Source: an uncultured bacterium (GTDB lineage: Bacteria > Verrucomicrobiota > Verrucomicrobiia > Limisphaerales > UBA8199). From it: a DNA stretch of 64,000 nucleotides. Both the position numbers and the translations under genes were made by a program. Positions 44,544 to 55,749 of this stretch are shown here, piece by piece. The stretch covers positions 64,001 through 128,000 of the forward strand of contig CAVVMW010000022.1 of assembly GCA_963749495.1 (NCBI GenBank), in the 5' to 3' direction. Under the pieces are notes generated by a model. The model did not search any database. It was not told the origin of the DNA and saw only the letters and a list, made by a program, of their open reading frames with translations. Position 1 is the stretch's first letter. Each line of letters begins with the position of its first letter.

Positions 44544-46014
44544 TCAGCGCGGCGGCGTCTCCTCCGGCGGCCTCTTGATGGGCCAGCGATCCGACTCGGT
44601 TCGGGCCGTCTTGAGGTAATCCTCGATCTTCGCCACGACCTTGGGGTTGGCCTCGGCAACGTTGGTCTTCTCGGCCAGGTCGGTCTTCAAATCATAGAGT
44701 TCGAGCTTCTGGCCCGGCTTGAGGCGAAGGGCCTTCCAGTCGCCCATGCGCACGGCCTGCTGGAAGCCGCGTTCGTGGAACTCCCAGTAGAGGAATTCGT
44801 GCCGGTTGGTTTGCGGCCGGCCCAGGAGGGTCGGGAGCAGTGAGAGGCCGTCGAGGTTGCCGGGGGCCTGGGCGCCGGCCAGCTCGGCCGCCGTGGGCAG
44901 GAAGTCCCAAAAGGCCCACGGCGCATCATTGGTCTGGCCGGCCCGGATGCGGCCCGGCCAGCGCACGATCATGGGCACGCGAATGCCTCCTTCATAGAGG
45001 TCGCGCTTGATGCCGCGAAGCGGACCCGAGCTGCCGAAGAACTTCGGGTCAACGCCGCCCTCCTTGTGCGGACCGTTGTCGCTCGAAAAGAAGAGGATCG
45101 TGTGGTCGTCGAGCTTGAGTTGGCGCAGCCGTTCCAGGAGCAGGCCCACGTCCCGGTCCAGGCGCGTGATCATCGCCGCCTTGTTCTTTTCGGTTTGCGG
45201 CCAGGGCTGGTCCGAATAGGGGGCGTCGCTGGGCACCTGCATGCCGTTGCCGGAGCGGGCGCCTTCCTCGTTGTTCGCGTGCGGGATGGTATAGGCCAGG
45301 TAGAGGAAGAAAGGCCGGAATTGATTGAACTGCCTTGGAGCGTTGATGCGCGCGAAGTTGGTTGCGGCCGTCGTGAAGAGATTCATGCACATAGAGCTGC
45401 TTCTTGCCGTCGGCATTCTCAGGGATCGGCTCCGCGTTGTCCCAGCCCGTGTTTGGGTCAAAGCGCCAGAGGTGGTCCGTATAATAATCGTGCGCATGGG
45501 TCTGGTCCAGGAACCCCACGAACTCGTCGAAGCCCTTCTTTTGGGGGACACCGGGCGTGTTCTCGTTGCCCAGCCCCCATTTGCCCACCAGCCCGGTGTG
45601 GTAGCCAGCCTGCTTGAGCACCTCCGCCACCGTCAGGTCCTCCGGCCTCAGGGCCAGCGCGCTGTTGCCCCGGATATAGGCATGGCCGGTGTGCAGCCCC
45701 GTCATCAGGGCGCAGCGCGACGGGGCGCAGACCGTGCTGCCGGCATAGAAACTGGCAAACCGCATGCCCTCCTCCGCCAGCCGGTCAATATTGGGCGTCT
45801 TGATCCGGCCCTGCCCGTAGCAGCCCAGGTCTCCGTAGCCGAGGTCATCGGCCAGGATGAAGATGATGTTCGGTCTTCGCGGCACGGCCGCCGCCGCCGG
45901 GCTGAGGGCATTGGAATTGGATTGCCCCAAGGCGGCCTCCGCCGCCAACGCTCCCAGCCACACCGCCGCCGCCAATCTCATTCGCCCTGCGATGCCCTCG
46001 ATCTGTTTCATCAT
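44544..46014 (-). CDS. arylsulfatase, frameshifted near 45385
   Basis: [45 protein letters not shown]. Confidence 0.92.
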
Positions 46015-46102
46015 AGTGCCAATCCTTGCCAATCCGTCTCCCAAGGTCCAACCAATAAATTCCCATTGCATTTGCGCCCAATCAGGGCAATTTGAAGTGA
46101 AG

Positions 46103-46962
46103 ATGGCTCCCGAACAAGAACCAGACGCCGGAACCGAACCAGCCCAGCAGCAGACTTCCTCTCAACCCGCCCGGCGGGGCCGTGGACGGAGCTGGCGCGG
46201 GCGTGGACGCGGCCGGCGGCCAGCCACGAGCGGGGGACCCGCCCCGGGAGCGCCCGCTCCAGAGCGGGCCGAACCACACTCGACTGAGCCCGCTGCCCCC
46301 TACGAAGAACGCTTCATCCCCGCCCAACCCGCCCCCTCCAGCCAGACCGCCCCGGAACCGGAGGCCGCGGTCGAGCCTCCATCCGAAGGCGAGCCGCCGG
46401 CCCCACCCCAGCCCGAACAACCCGCCAAGGCCCCCGAACCTGCCGAGCGCGCTCAGTTCGACGAGATGACCGAGCCCGAGATGGTCCAGGAATTCGAGCC
46501 CGGCGAAGAGCTCGAGCCCGGCGAAGGCTCGAGCCCGGCGGAGAGCCTGAGTCCGGCAGAGAATTCGAGTCCCCTGCCCCTGCGCAGGGGCAATCCCAGT
46601 CTCCGGTTCAGCGCCGCGATCGGGGCGCGCCAGAGCCGGAGCACGGCCCGACCGCCCGGCCGCAGGCCCCGCCTAAGCCGCCTTACCGGCCTCACCCTCC
46701 GGAGCGCAGGCCCTTTGCCCCGCCACCGCCTCCCGCGCGGCCCTGCGAGCCCGCCTCTCCTGCAGGCATCAAAAAGGCCATCGAAGACGTCAACGACATC
46801 CTGGCCACCCTCCGTCAAATGGTCGACCAAATGGAAGAGGTGCTCGAGACCGTGGAGATGGCTGAACGGCAAAAGGACGCCGACGAACACGAAATCGAGT
46901 CGCTCCGCCGCGCCCTCAGGCAGTTCCATCGCCCCCGCGAGGGCGGGGGACACCGCCACTGA
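46103..46962 (+). CDS. Pro/Glu-rich disordered protein with a C-terminal coiled coil, frameshifted
   Basis: RRGRGR N-terminus; C-terminal [18 protein letters not shown]...EIESLRRAL in another frame. Confidence 0.6.
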
Positions 46963-46993
46963 GCCGTTGGCCCTTCCGCAGCCGGCTTTCTTA

Positions 46994-47258
46994 GCCCGGA
47001 TATTTCATAGTTTGAAAGCGGCGTCAGGCTTTCGATGCTGCGTAGCGCAGGTTTCCAACCTGCTGTATCGCCGACTTCCAGTCGGCAGGGCGTTCATATA
47101 TGGGCGAGGCGCCCGCAGGTTGGAAACCTGCGATGCAGCAGATTGGAAATCTGCGCTACGCCTTCCGGCTGGCGAGACCTGTACCACTCTCTGTCAACTT
47201 CTTGTTTTTTTGAAAGAAGTTTTGGTTGCGGCTCTGCCGCGCTGTGAAATATGCGGGT
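46994..47258. mobile_element. MITE-1 copy 1 (~265 bp, TA-flanked, carries a family A REP)
   Basis: TIRs GCCCGGATATTTCATAG / CTGTGAAATATGCGGGT (14/17 match); near-identical copy at 51672-51941. Confidence 0.85.
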
Positions 47259-47260
47259 TA

Positions 47261-47401
47261 GAGCCTGTCCCAAAAGCTCTGATCTCGGACCTTTGTCGCA
47301 GCCTTTGTCGAAACCTTTGTCGAGAAATGGCCCATCCGACAAAGGTTTCGACAAAGGCTGCGACAAAGGCTCCCCACACGCGGGGTTTTTGGGACAGGCT
47401 C
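47261..47401. mobile_element. MITE-2 (TA-flanked, carries a family G palindrome at 47290-47369)
   Basis: Perfect 15-bp TIR GAGCCTGTCCCAAAA / TTTTGGGACAGGCTC. Confidence 0.85.
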
Positions 47402-47570
47402 TACCTGGGCAGGCTCTGGTGTATTACCTTGCCATCCGCCCCGATGTAGAGTCTTGGGTGATGAATCTCGTCCTCGAAGGTGAATATGTAGAGGACCTGG
47501 CCGCCCCGGGTCTCCTTGTTGATACGCGTAATCTCTGCGCCCGGGGCTTGGGTTGCGTTTTGGCCGCGCT
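47401..47570 (-). pseudogene. PepSY-like C-terminal fragment
   Basis: APGAEITRINKETRGGQVLYIFTF...LYIGADGKV. Confidence 0.45.
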
Positions 47571-47614
47571 TGCGTTTGTGGGGAGCCCCCTTTGGCTTCT
47601 GCCAATGCATTGGG

Positions 47615-47767
47615 ACCGTGAACCGGTCAGGGGCCCGAGGCTGCGAAGCGTTTTGGGCTGCGGCAGTCCTCTGCCGCTTTCACGTTCCCAGAACCAGGGA
47701 CTGAAAAGCGGCAGAGGACTGCCGCAGTCCAAAACCTCGCGGGCCTCCTCACGGGTTCATGGAGAGG
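47615..47767. repeat. family B REP in a GAACC...GGTTCATGGAGAG wrapper
   Basis: Matches 10782-11113. Confidence 0.85.
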
Positions 47768-48164
47768 AACCGGTGTGGTTTTTGCCGGTCATCGGCATCG
47801 AGCCGGCAAAAAGCTCACGCGCCAGACGCATCGCCCTCCGCCCGGACACGCGGAACTTCAAGGAGGTCCGCAAAATGCCTTTCGCATAACTGTTTGCCTC
47901 ATGAAAATTCGCCGCGTCCGCCCTCGCTTCTCTTGGGTCCATCGCAGCCCCCAAGGACTCGATGAACTTGAAGTCCTCGGAAAAGAAGTTCGGGATCAAG
48001 AGCCGGAGGATGCCGGCGAAGGGCCTGGCGTGCCAATACAACAATTTGCGGAAAGCGCGTTCACTGTAATCGGAGACTGGGCAGTCGAACCGCTCACAAA
48101 ACAGTTCTCGGAATTGCCTCCGCCGATGGAAATCGCGTTTGGGGGGAAAAAAGGCGTCTCTCAA
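47757..48164 (-). CDS. hypothetical protein (start uncertain)
   Basis: FRELFCERFDCP...LYWHARP...FRVSGRR; stop lies within the REP wrapper. Confidence 0.55.
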   Translation of the reverse strand: MRDAFFPPKRDFHRRRQFRELFCERFDCPVSDYSERAFRKLLYWHARPFAGILRLLIPNFFSEDFKFIESLGAAMDPREARADAANFHEANSYAKGILRTSLKFRVSGRRAMRLARELFAGSMPMTGKNHTGSSP

Positions 48165-48349
48165 AGGTCATATTGCACGTCGGCTGAGGCCACGGATGCT
48201 CTCATGCGCCGAGCCTAACATGATCTTCGCAAGATATAATTCGGGGCATTGCTGGAAAGCGCCCAAGGGAATCACCGGGGGATCAAAGGCGGACCAAGAG
48301 CGAGACGACGCTAGTGCCACAGGGCCGTGCGCCTTGCCTGGATTGGCCG

Positions 48350-48884
48350 TATCAACGAAGCGGGTCAACCGGATGGCGTGCCGGTTCTGGTGCTCAGGGG
48401 AACACCACAGTCCCAACTCCTTTATGACCGCTGGGTCGAGGACGCACAGTCGCGCGGCATTCGGCTGATCTGCTATGAGCGACCGGGCTACGGAGGGTCA
48501 ACACCGCATCCGGGTCGTACGGTGGCCAGTGCGGCGAAGGATGTCGCCGCGATTGCCAGGGAGCTTGGCCTGAATCGCCTGTTAGTTTGGGGGGTGTCGG
48601 GAGGTGGGCCACACGCTCTGGCCTGTGCGGCTCTGCTACCAGGCCTGGTCGTGGCCGCGGCCGTGCTGGCCTCGCCAGCACCCTACCCGGCCGAAGGGCT
48701 GGACTATTTTGCCGGGATGGGGGAGACCAATGTTGCGGAGTCCCGTGCCGCACTCAAAAGCCGAGAGGCTTGTGAGCAGTTTGTGGAGGCAGATGCAGCT
48801 AAACTATTGACGGTCATATTACTCTCTCCCTTCGCCGTATCCCTGAGGTTCATGCCTGGCTATTGGGCAAGATGTAGCGTATAA
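48350..48884 (+). pseudogene. alpha/beta hydrolase fragment
   Basis: EAGQPDGVPVLVLRGTP, YERPGYGGS, GVSGGG nucleophile motif; C-terminal half absent. Confidence 0.75.
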
Positions 48885-48963
48885 CAGTGGCGCCGCAGAG
48901 CCCCTGCCGGCGAATCGAAAGAACCGAGGTGCGTCCGCTAAGCCAATTTGTTAGGCTTCGGCC

Positions 48964-50526
48964 ATGACACGCATCCTGTACCTCTGGCTGCTCTCCGTGC
49001 TGCCAGCCCTGGCGGCCGTCTCCTCAAGCCCGCGTCCCAATATCCTCTTCATCCTCGTGGACGACTACGGCATCAAGGATGTGGGCATCGAGGGCAGCAC
49101 GTTTTACGAGACGCCCCATATCGACACCCTGGCCCGGAGCGGCATGCGCTTCACCCAGGGCTACGCCAACTGCCAGGTGTGCAGCCCCTCGCGCGCGAGT
49201 ATCCTGCTGGGGAAATACCCCACGCGGCACGGCATCACGGACTGGATTGGCGCCGGGGTGGGCGAGGCCTTCGCCAGGGAGCGGCACGTTAAGCTGCTGC
49301 CCCCGGATTATGTCCGTAACCTGCCTGCCGCGGACACCACCCTGGCCGAGGCACTGAAGGAAGCGGGCTACGCGACGTTCTTCGCCGGCAAATGGCACTT
49401 GGGGACCAAGGGTTCGTGGCCGGAGGATCACGGCTTCGACATCAACAAGGGCGGCTGGGACGCGGGCAGTCCGATAGGCGGTTACTACGCTCCGTGGCAA
49501 AACCCCACACTGCCCAGCGGTCCGCCCGGTGAATCGCTTACCCAGCGTCTGGCCAACGAGACCATCGCTTTCATGGAACAGCACCCGGACAAGCCGTTCC
49601 TGGCCTACCTGTCGTTTTACGCGGTACACGGGCCGATCCAAACCACCAAACCGCTCTGGAGCAAGTATCGCGAAAAGGCCGCCAAGCTGCCAGCCCCGGC
49701 GGCGCGCTTTAAAATCGATCACACGCTGCCGGTTCGGCAGGTGCAGGATAATCCCATCTACGCTGGTCTGATCGAAGAGCTGGACACGGCCGTGGGCCGG
49801 GTGTTGAGGCGCCTCGATGAACTGGGCTTGGCAGACAACACCATCGTTATTTTTACGAGCGACAACGGCGGCGTTTCCTCGGGCGACAGCTTCAGTTCTT
49901 CCGAACTGCCCTACCGCGGCGGCAAGGGCCGTCAATGGGAAGGCGGCTTGCGCGTGCCGCTTTATATCAGGGCGCCCGGCGTCACCCGTCCCGGCAGCAG
50001 TTGCGATACCCCGGTGATCGGCACCGACTTCTATCCCACCATTCTCCAACTAGCAGGCTTGCCCTTGCGGCCGCAACAGCACGTGGATGGAGTCAGTCTC
50101 GTGCCGTTGCTCAAAGGCGGGCAGATCCCGGCGCGACCACTCTTCTGGCACTACCCCCACTATGGCAACCAGGGCGGCGAACCCTCATCGATCGTCCGCA
50201 AAGGCGACTGGAAGCTCATCCATTACTGGGAGGACGGCCGCAACGAGCTGTACCACTTGCCTGAGGACCTCGGTGAAGAGCACGACCTGGCGGCCAGAGA
50301 CGTGGAGCGAACCGGGCAACTCTGGACGGATCTGCAGGCCTGGCTCAAAGAAACGCACGCCATAATCCCGCGACCCAATCCCGAATATACGGAAACGATG
50401 GCCGAGCAGAATCGCAAGGACGCGCAAGCACTCAAGACTCATCTTGAAAAAACGCATGCCACCTACCTCGACCCCGCTTGGCAACCCGATCCCACGTGGT
50501 GGAAAAGCCTAGTACCTGGAGACTGA
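48964..50526 (+). CDS. sulfatase
   Basis: Signal peptide; PNILFILVDD, CSPSR, GKWHLG, TSDNGG, EGGLRVP, FWHYPHY. Confidence 0.95.
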   Translation: MTRILYLWLLSVLPALAAVSSSPRPNILFILVDDYGIKDVGIEGSTFYETPHIDTLARSGMRFTQGYANCQVCSPSRASILLGKYPTRHGITDWIGAGVGEAFARERHVKLLPPDYVRNLPAADTTLAEALKEAGYATFFAGKWHLGTKGSWPEDHGFDINKGGWDAGSPIGGYYAPWQNPTLPSGPPGESLTQRLANETIAFMEQHPDKPFLAYLSFYAVHGPIQTTKPLWSKYREKAAKLPAPAARFKIDHTLPVRQVQDNPIYAGLIEELDTAVGRVLRRLDELGLADNTIVIFTSDNGGVSSGDSFSSSELPYRGGKGRQWEGGLRVPLYIRAPGVTRPGSSCDTPVIGTDFYPTILQLAGLPLRPQQHVDGVSLVPLLKGGQIPARPLFWHYPHYGNQGGEPSSIVRKGDWKLIHYWEDGRNELYHLPEDLGEEHDLAARDVERTGQLWTDLQAWLKETHAIIPRPNPEYTETMAEQNRKDAQALKTHLEKTHATYLDPAWQPDPTWWKSLVPGD

Positions 50527-50570
50527 CGGCACGCAATACGAGGTCCTCTGCCTCCAGCTCTACTGGCAAG

Positions 50571-51073
50571 TCAGCCCGCATTGAGTTCCCAGCCCTCGCG
50601 GCACTCCCGCTTCACCCAGCGGTTCAGCGCCGGCAGGTTCGGGCAGCGCAGGTTCGCGCTGTCCCATTCCACCTTCGCACCGACCCCCGCTTTGATGGCC
50701 AGGTGCCCGAGCAGGAGGAACTCGGTTATGGCCGAGGCGTAGCTGAAGTCGGCGCAGGTCGGTTTCCCCTCCTTGCAGCTTTGGATGAAGTGATCGAAAT
50801 GCGAACCTTTGATCCGCGGGATGCGTGGCTGGGGTACGGGAAAGGCCCGGTGCGCCGCCTCCGGCCACAGCCGTGGTCTTTGGCCGTAGCAACCGGTGTG
50901 CATCACGCCCTTGGTCCCGATGTAGAGCGTGCCGCCGTCCCAGCCCTCGTGGAAGTCCCATGTGGAGGATCGGCCAGGACGAACGGGGCCGGAAACAGAC
51001 GCGAGGCCCCCATAAGGCCCGCGCCAGCCACCATGTTCTTGAGCCACCATCGCCGGGTGCATCGCTTTGTCAT
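50571..51073 (-). pseudogene. Tat Gfo/Idh/MocA oxidoreductase with a large internal deletion
   Basis: Tat-like N-terminus MTKRCTRRWWLK...APFVLA joined out of frame to C-terminal GTLYIGTKG...ADFSYA..ITE..LLG...WD..REGW. Confidence 0.75.
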
Positions 51074-51184
51074 CTGGTCAGAGCTTGTAACACAAAGAGG
51101 CCGCGCTGGCCAAGCGGCGAAATCTCTGCGACGCTGAACATATGGGATCGTATCAGGATTCGACATACCTCATGGTCTCCTTCG

Positions 51185-51399
51185 GAGGCGTCTTCTCCGA
51201 TGCGAACACGGCCAACCAGCGCATCCGCTTGCTCTGGCTTGGCTGCGGCACCGAAGATCGCCTCTATGGCGCCGGCAAGAGTGTGCACGAAGCCCTGACA
51301 GCCGCCGGGGTTCAGCACGTTTGGATCGAAGGTCCGGGCTCCCACGAGTGGCAGGTCTGGCGCAGACACCTTCACGATTTGGCCCCGCGCCTCTTCTAA
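51185..51399 (+). pseudogene. esterase C-terminal fragment
   Basis: LLWLGCGTEDRL...GSHEWQVWRRHLHDLAPRLF. Confidence 0.75.
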
Positions 51400-52240
51400 A
51401 GATTTGAGGGGTAGGCTGGGTTGAAGGTGCTGGTTTCACGGCTCGAGCGGCGCAGGCCTCCAGGCTGCGACATGAGCTCCTTGAGCAGCGCGAGATGGTC
51501 CTCGTAAACGCCCCGGGGTGTGGTCGCTTGGCACACGCAAATCCACGCGGCCTTGCCGACAACTTCGCCCATCATGCCGCATGTTCGCATCACGCGGACC
51601 GGGCCAAGCGCCTCATGGTCCACGCTGATGTCGCGGCCGGCCATGAAGAGATTCGCGACTTTCCGGGTGTCGCCCGGATATTTCATAGTTTGAAGGCGGC
51701 GTCAGGCCTCCGATGCTGCGTAGCGCAGGTTTCCAACCTGCTGTATCGCCGACTTCCAGTCGGCAGGGCGTTCATATATGGGCGAGGCGCCCGCAGGTTG
51801 GAAACCTGCGATGCAGCAGATTGGAAATCTGCGCTACGCCTTCCGGCTGGCGAGACCTGTACCACTCTCTGTCAACTTCTTGTTTTTTTGAAAGAAGTTT
51901 TGGTTGCGGCTCTGCCCATGCGCGCTGGGAAATATGCGGGGTAGAGGCAGCGGTAGGGCACCCGGCGCCTTCCACGACGCGACCCAATCGCGCGTGCGCA
52001 CCCAGACACGACAACTGCCGGGCGAGGGAAACTTCGCCCTCGTCACCGCATCGCGCACGGGGACACCCAGGCCGTGCGCCAACCGATAGGGCGAGCCCAT
52101 CTGGTCCATCAACTGCTGGTCCACATCCCAACCGCCCGTCTCAGCGAACTGTTCGGCCTCCAGCAGGACGTGCTGTGCCGGGGCCGTCGGCGTGAGCACA
52201 GCGAGGCAGGCGAATAGCAGCAGGAGTGAATTCGGCGTCA
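51396..52240 (-). pseudogene. FAD-dependent oxidoreductase remnant: N- and C-termini separated by MITE-1
   Basis: N: LLEAEQF...GGW..DQQ.MDQMGSPY.LAHGLG.PV; C: NLFMAGRDISV.HEALG.VRVMRTCGMMGEVVG. Confidence 0.8.
51672..51941. mobile_element. MITE-1 copy 2
   Basis: Near-identical to 46994-47258; TA on the right end only. Confidence 0.85.
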
Positions 52241-52588
52241 TCCGAGGGTATTCTTCGATAACCAACGACCGCCTTTCAAGGCTCAATTCTCAATTCAGCC
52301 GAAAAAGGCGCATCCTGGGACCGTCTGCCGAAGACTCCCCACAGCTTTCACTCGCAATTTGGGCGTCAGTGACATCCCCCGCCAAGTATTCCAAGCCGTT
52401 CCGATTCGCCGGCCGACTGGCAACGGTCCCTCTCTGCGTTCTTCGCGCCTGCCCGCGGAAGCCTCGGCACAGGCAGGTCTCTGCATTTTCTCTGCTGCCA
52501 CGCCATTTGAACAGACCCCGCTTAGAGACTACTTCTCTTACGGTTTCTTGAGGCTTGTCTTCAACCCAACTTACGCTAGAGTTTGGAC

Positions 52589-52858
52589 ATGGCGAACTCG
52601 AACGATCTGGGCAGTCTGGAACGGCTCCTGCGGCCTTTGCGGCGGGAGTTGAGCGCCGAGTTGGCGGACGCCTTGCTGCGCCTGAAGGCGGACGCGGAAG
52701 TGCAGGCCCGGTACGACGAACTGGCTGGCAAGAACACCGAAGGCGCGCTCACCGCCCCGGAACGTGCGGAGTTGGAGTCGTTGGTCCACGCCAACTCAGT
52801 CCTGAGTCTTTTGAAGGCCGAGGCGCGCGCCCTGTTGCAGCAGCCGAAGGCTGCCTGA
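52589..52858 (+). CDS. small helical protein, putative antitoxin-like partner of HNH
   Basis: TTGTCT-16-TAGAGT-6-ATG promoter; TGATG overlap with the HNH gene. Confidence 0.75.
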   Translation: MANSNDLGSLERLLRPLRRELSAELADALLRLKADAEVQARYDELAGKNTEGALTAPERAELESLVHANSVLSLLKAEARALLQQPKAA

Positions 52859-53245
52859 TGGACACGGCATTGCGCGAGTTGGTCCGCCGCCGGGCTGGCA
52901 GCCGTTGTGAGTACCTGCCACCTCCCTGAGCAGTTTTCCGAACTCCAGTTCCATATCGAGCACATCATCCCGCGGCAGCATGGTGGCACTGATGGCGCTG
53001 AAAACCTGGCGCTGGCCTGTCCCGACTGCAACTTGGTGAAGGGGCCCAACCTTGCTGGCGTCGAGCCGGGCACACACCGGGTCGTGCGGCTTTTCCATCC
53101 CCGGCGGGACAAATGGACTGAACATTTTGCCCTGGACGGTGCGCTCATCGTTGGCAAGACGCCGGTCGGACGGGTGACGGTCTCGCTACTCCGGATGAAC
53201 GACGCGCAACGGTTGCGTGTTCGTGTGCTGCTGTCGGGATTGTGA
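52858..53245 (+). CDS. HNH endonuclease, frameshifted near 52915
   Basis: VRRRAGSRCEY-CHL...HIEHIIPRQHGG...NLALACPDCNLVKG...LFHPR. Confidence 0.88.
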
Positions 53246-53547
53246 AGTGCCCGCAAAAACGCAAGCTGATCCAGCCCGCCAGGGAGTCGGATCTGCTCCA
53301 CGCGATTAACCGCGGCGTTGCGGGTTTCGCCCGCCAACGTCAAGAGACATTGAGCAAAACTATGAGCTGACCCCTCTTCCTGCCGGCGGCGGCGAAGTGA
53401 GGAATGGGGAGGGCGGTGGGCGGAGTGGCACGTGATGAATTCCAGAGGCCGAGTGCCGAGTATCGAGCGCCAGGTGTGCTGGTTCCGGATGCCGGCAGCG
53501 CTCTTGTTCGGGTCCTTTGCGTTGCACGAGTTTCGAGGAGCGATTCA

Positions 53548-54111
53548 TCACGGGATCAGATTGCGGTCAAGGGTCCCGTCTGGCCTGAGGCACCCCAGTC
53601 GGGAAATGAGAAGGGTTTGGTCTTTGTCCGAACCGTCGGTGACGATCCCCACGAACCGAGCTCGCCCACTCCTATCCACGAAAGCCGGGCTTCCGCTCAA
53701 GCCTCCGAGAGGGATGCCATGACAGGTCGGATCTTCGTAATGGACAAACTGCCGTTCCCCGTGCTCATTTGCCAGGACGATTCGCTTCTCCGACACCGAC
53801 GACGCGGAGAGGTCAAGGCTCATCAGCCCGAACCGGGCTTTGCGCCTCGTCACCTTTACGTTAGCCCCTAGGTACCCAACGACAGTGACGTGGTCTCCCG
53901 GGACGGGATCGGCAAGGTAGGAGGAAGGAAAGTCGATGAACTCAGACCCTGGCAGCTCAACTCTGTCCTCCAGCCCACGGAAGACCGCGACATCGAGCGA
54001 CTCTTCCGAATCGATCAGATCAAAGCCCGTGAGCTCAGCCACGGAGTAAGAGGGCCACCACCCCGTGTAGGCCACCATCTGTGCCGAGCAGTTCTGACCG
54101 CGCATCTCCAC
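53548..54111 (-). CDS. hypothetical protein, trypsin-like fold fragment
   Basis: LDVAVF, VTVVGY, GGLSGSPAF, FVGIV. Confidence 0.45.
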   Translation of the reverse strand: MEMRGQNCSAQMVAYTGWWPSYSVAELTGFDLIDSEESLDVAVFRGLEDRVELPGSEFIDFPSSYLADPVPGDHVTVVGYLGANVKVTRRKARFGLMSLDLSASSVSEKRIVLANEHGERQFVHYEDPTCHGIPLGGLSGSPAFVDRSGRARFVGIVTDGSDKDQTLLISRLGCLRPDGTLDRNLIP

Positions 54112-54315
54112 CAGTCTTCGCAGGACATGAAAACACGTGACAAAAACGTGCTTCCGCCCTGTCCAGATGAGCGTCAGGTCCGCTCTCTCCGCTGGACCCC
54201 AAGGGGGGTGGTTTGAATCCGCCTTAAGACTAAGTGGTAACGCATGCCGTTGGAGCAGGGCGGCTAGGGCCTCAGGTGTGATGGAGTATTGGTACCTGCG
54301 CGTTGAGCGATCGGC

Positions 54316-54726
54316 TTAGGCCCGCAACCTTCGCTTTGCATAAAGCATCATGAGCCAGGGGATCGGGACAGGCATCACGATTCCGATGAAAAGGAATGCC
54401 GAGGCCAACGTAGCATCCGCCGTATTCACGCAGAGACGCATCACACACAGTATCCACCCCAGCACGAAGGAGCAGTAGCCGTAGGTGTAAAGAACCTGCC
54501 TCCCATTGTGAGTAGTCCTCTCATAGGCGGCGTAATTGTCGGATGAGCCGATTCCGATGCGAAAACGTTGTTCGCCCGGCCCGTGGCACCTCACTCGAAG
54601 ACTGCGGAGTGGGATCAGCGGAAAGTACACAAACCTTACCCACTCCGTCGTGACGAACGAGCCATCGGAGTGAAAATCGCGCCGTCCACTGAACGTCGTC
54701 CCAATTCCATTGAGCCTGTATGCCAT
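54316..54726 (-). CDS. hypothetical membrane protein
   Basis: NGIGTTFSG...TTEW..FVYFPLIPLRSLRV plus two hydrophobic segments. Confidence 0.7.
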   Translation of the reverse strand: MAYRLNGIGTTFSGRRDFHSDGSFVTTEWVRFVYFPLIPLRSLRVRCHGPGEQRFRIGIGSSDNYAAYERTTHNGRQVLYTYGYCSFVLGWILCVMRLCVNTADATLASAFLFIGIVMPVPIPWLMMLYAKRRLRA

Positions 54727-55269
54727 GCTGTCGCCTGAGCCGTGAAAAATCATCCAAAACACACCTGAGTTTCACAAACAACCCCGCTTCTTCGCTTAGC
54801 TTCCCCACGGCTCTGTCTGATACGAATTTGCGTTTTCGCCGTGCCGCCGGTTATTGACGCTGCGCGGGTGGGCGCGAATTGGCTTTCGGTCTCACTCATT
54901 ACGACCGGATGATGCCGGAGGAGGACCAGGCTTTCAAGCTCCAAGTTTCGGCGGCTTTTTGACGGTATTGGTCCAACGCGGGGGCCTCGGCGAGCGGTGG
55001 CGGCCGATGGGGGATGGCGGGGGTTGGAAATTGCACGGGAGCCAACCACCTTTTGCGCTGCCTCAGCCGGATCATGCTCGCAACGGTCGCAGCACACCCG
55101 GGCGAAGCCGCGCTCCGGGTTGCCGCAGTCGAGGACGACTCACGGAAGGGCTTCAGGCCGACCGAGAGCAAGAAAGAACCAATACAGCCAATACACCCAA
55201 CGGAGCATTTGCCCTCCTCCCCCAATTATGCCAGAAAGATATATGTGCCTCCCTCTCTGCCTGGAAAAA

Positions 55270-55437
55270 ATGCGCCTCATGAGCCGCCGCGGATTCCTGG
55301 CCGCTGGCATTGCCACGACGGCAGGCGCCGCGGGCCTGGCGCAAGTGCCAGCCCTGAGTCTCGCAGGCGGCGAAGGACCGCTCGAACCTTTCCGATTCCG
55401 CCGGGTAGTCAACCTGACTTTTGGGCTGCTTCAATGA
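55270..55437 (+). pseudogene. isolated Tat signal peptide fragment
   Basis: MSRRGFLAAGIATTAGAAGL followed by an early stop. Confidence 0.5.
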
Positions 55438-55749
55438 GGTTCCAGACCTTTTACAGCGGAGGCAATTCTCCGATCACAGTATTCTCTGAGGACCGCCAGC
55501 CGCCGCTGGCGGGATTCGGCCGAGGGCGCTGTTTTCGGATTGCCGTCATCCTTGAGGCCCTCATACGTCTGCGGATCTTTCATGTAGCCATTGAGGCCCG
55601 CGAAATAGCAAATGAGTCTCACGCCCCTGGCGTTGAGGGCGTCCGCCAAAATTCGGCAAGCGACCCCACTATGAACCCAACTCCGACAGCACAAGCGCCG
55701 TGTTCAGCCTGCGGAACCGTTGGGCTTGAGGTGTTAAAAAGAGAGAGCG

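Noticed and set aside
53246..54800. Integron cassette array
   Set aside because: No convincing RYYYAAC...GTTRRRY attC pairs after the genes and no integrase.
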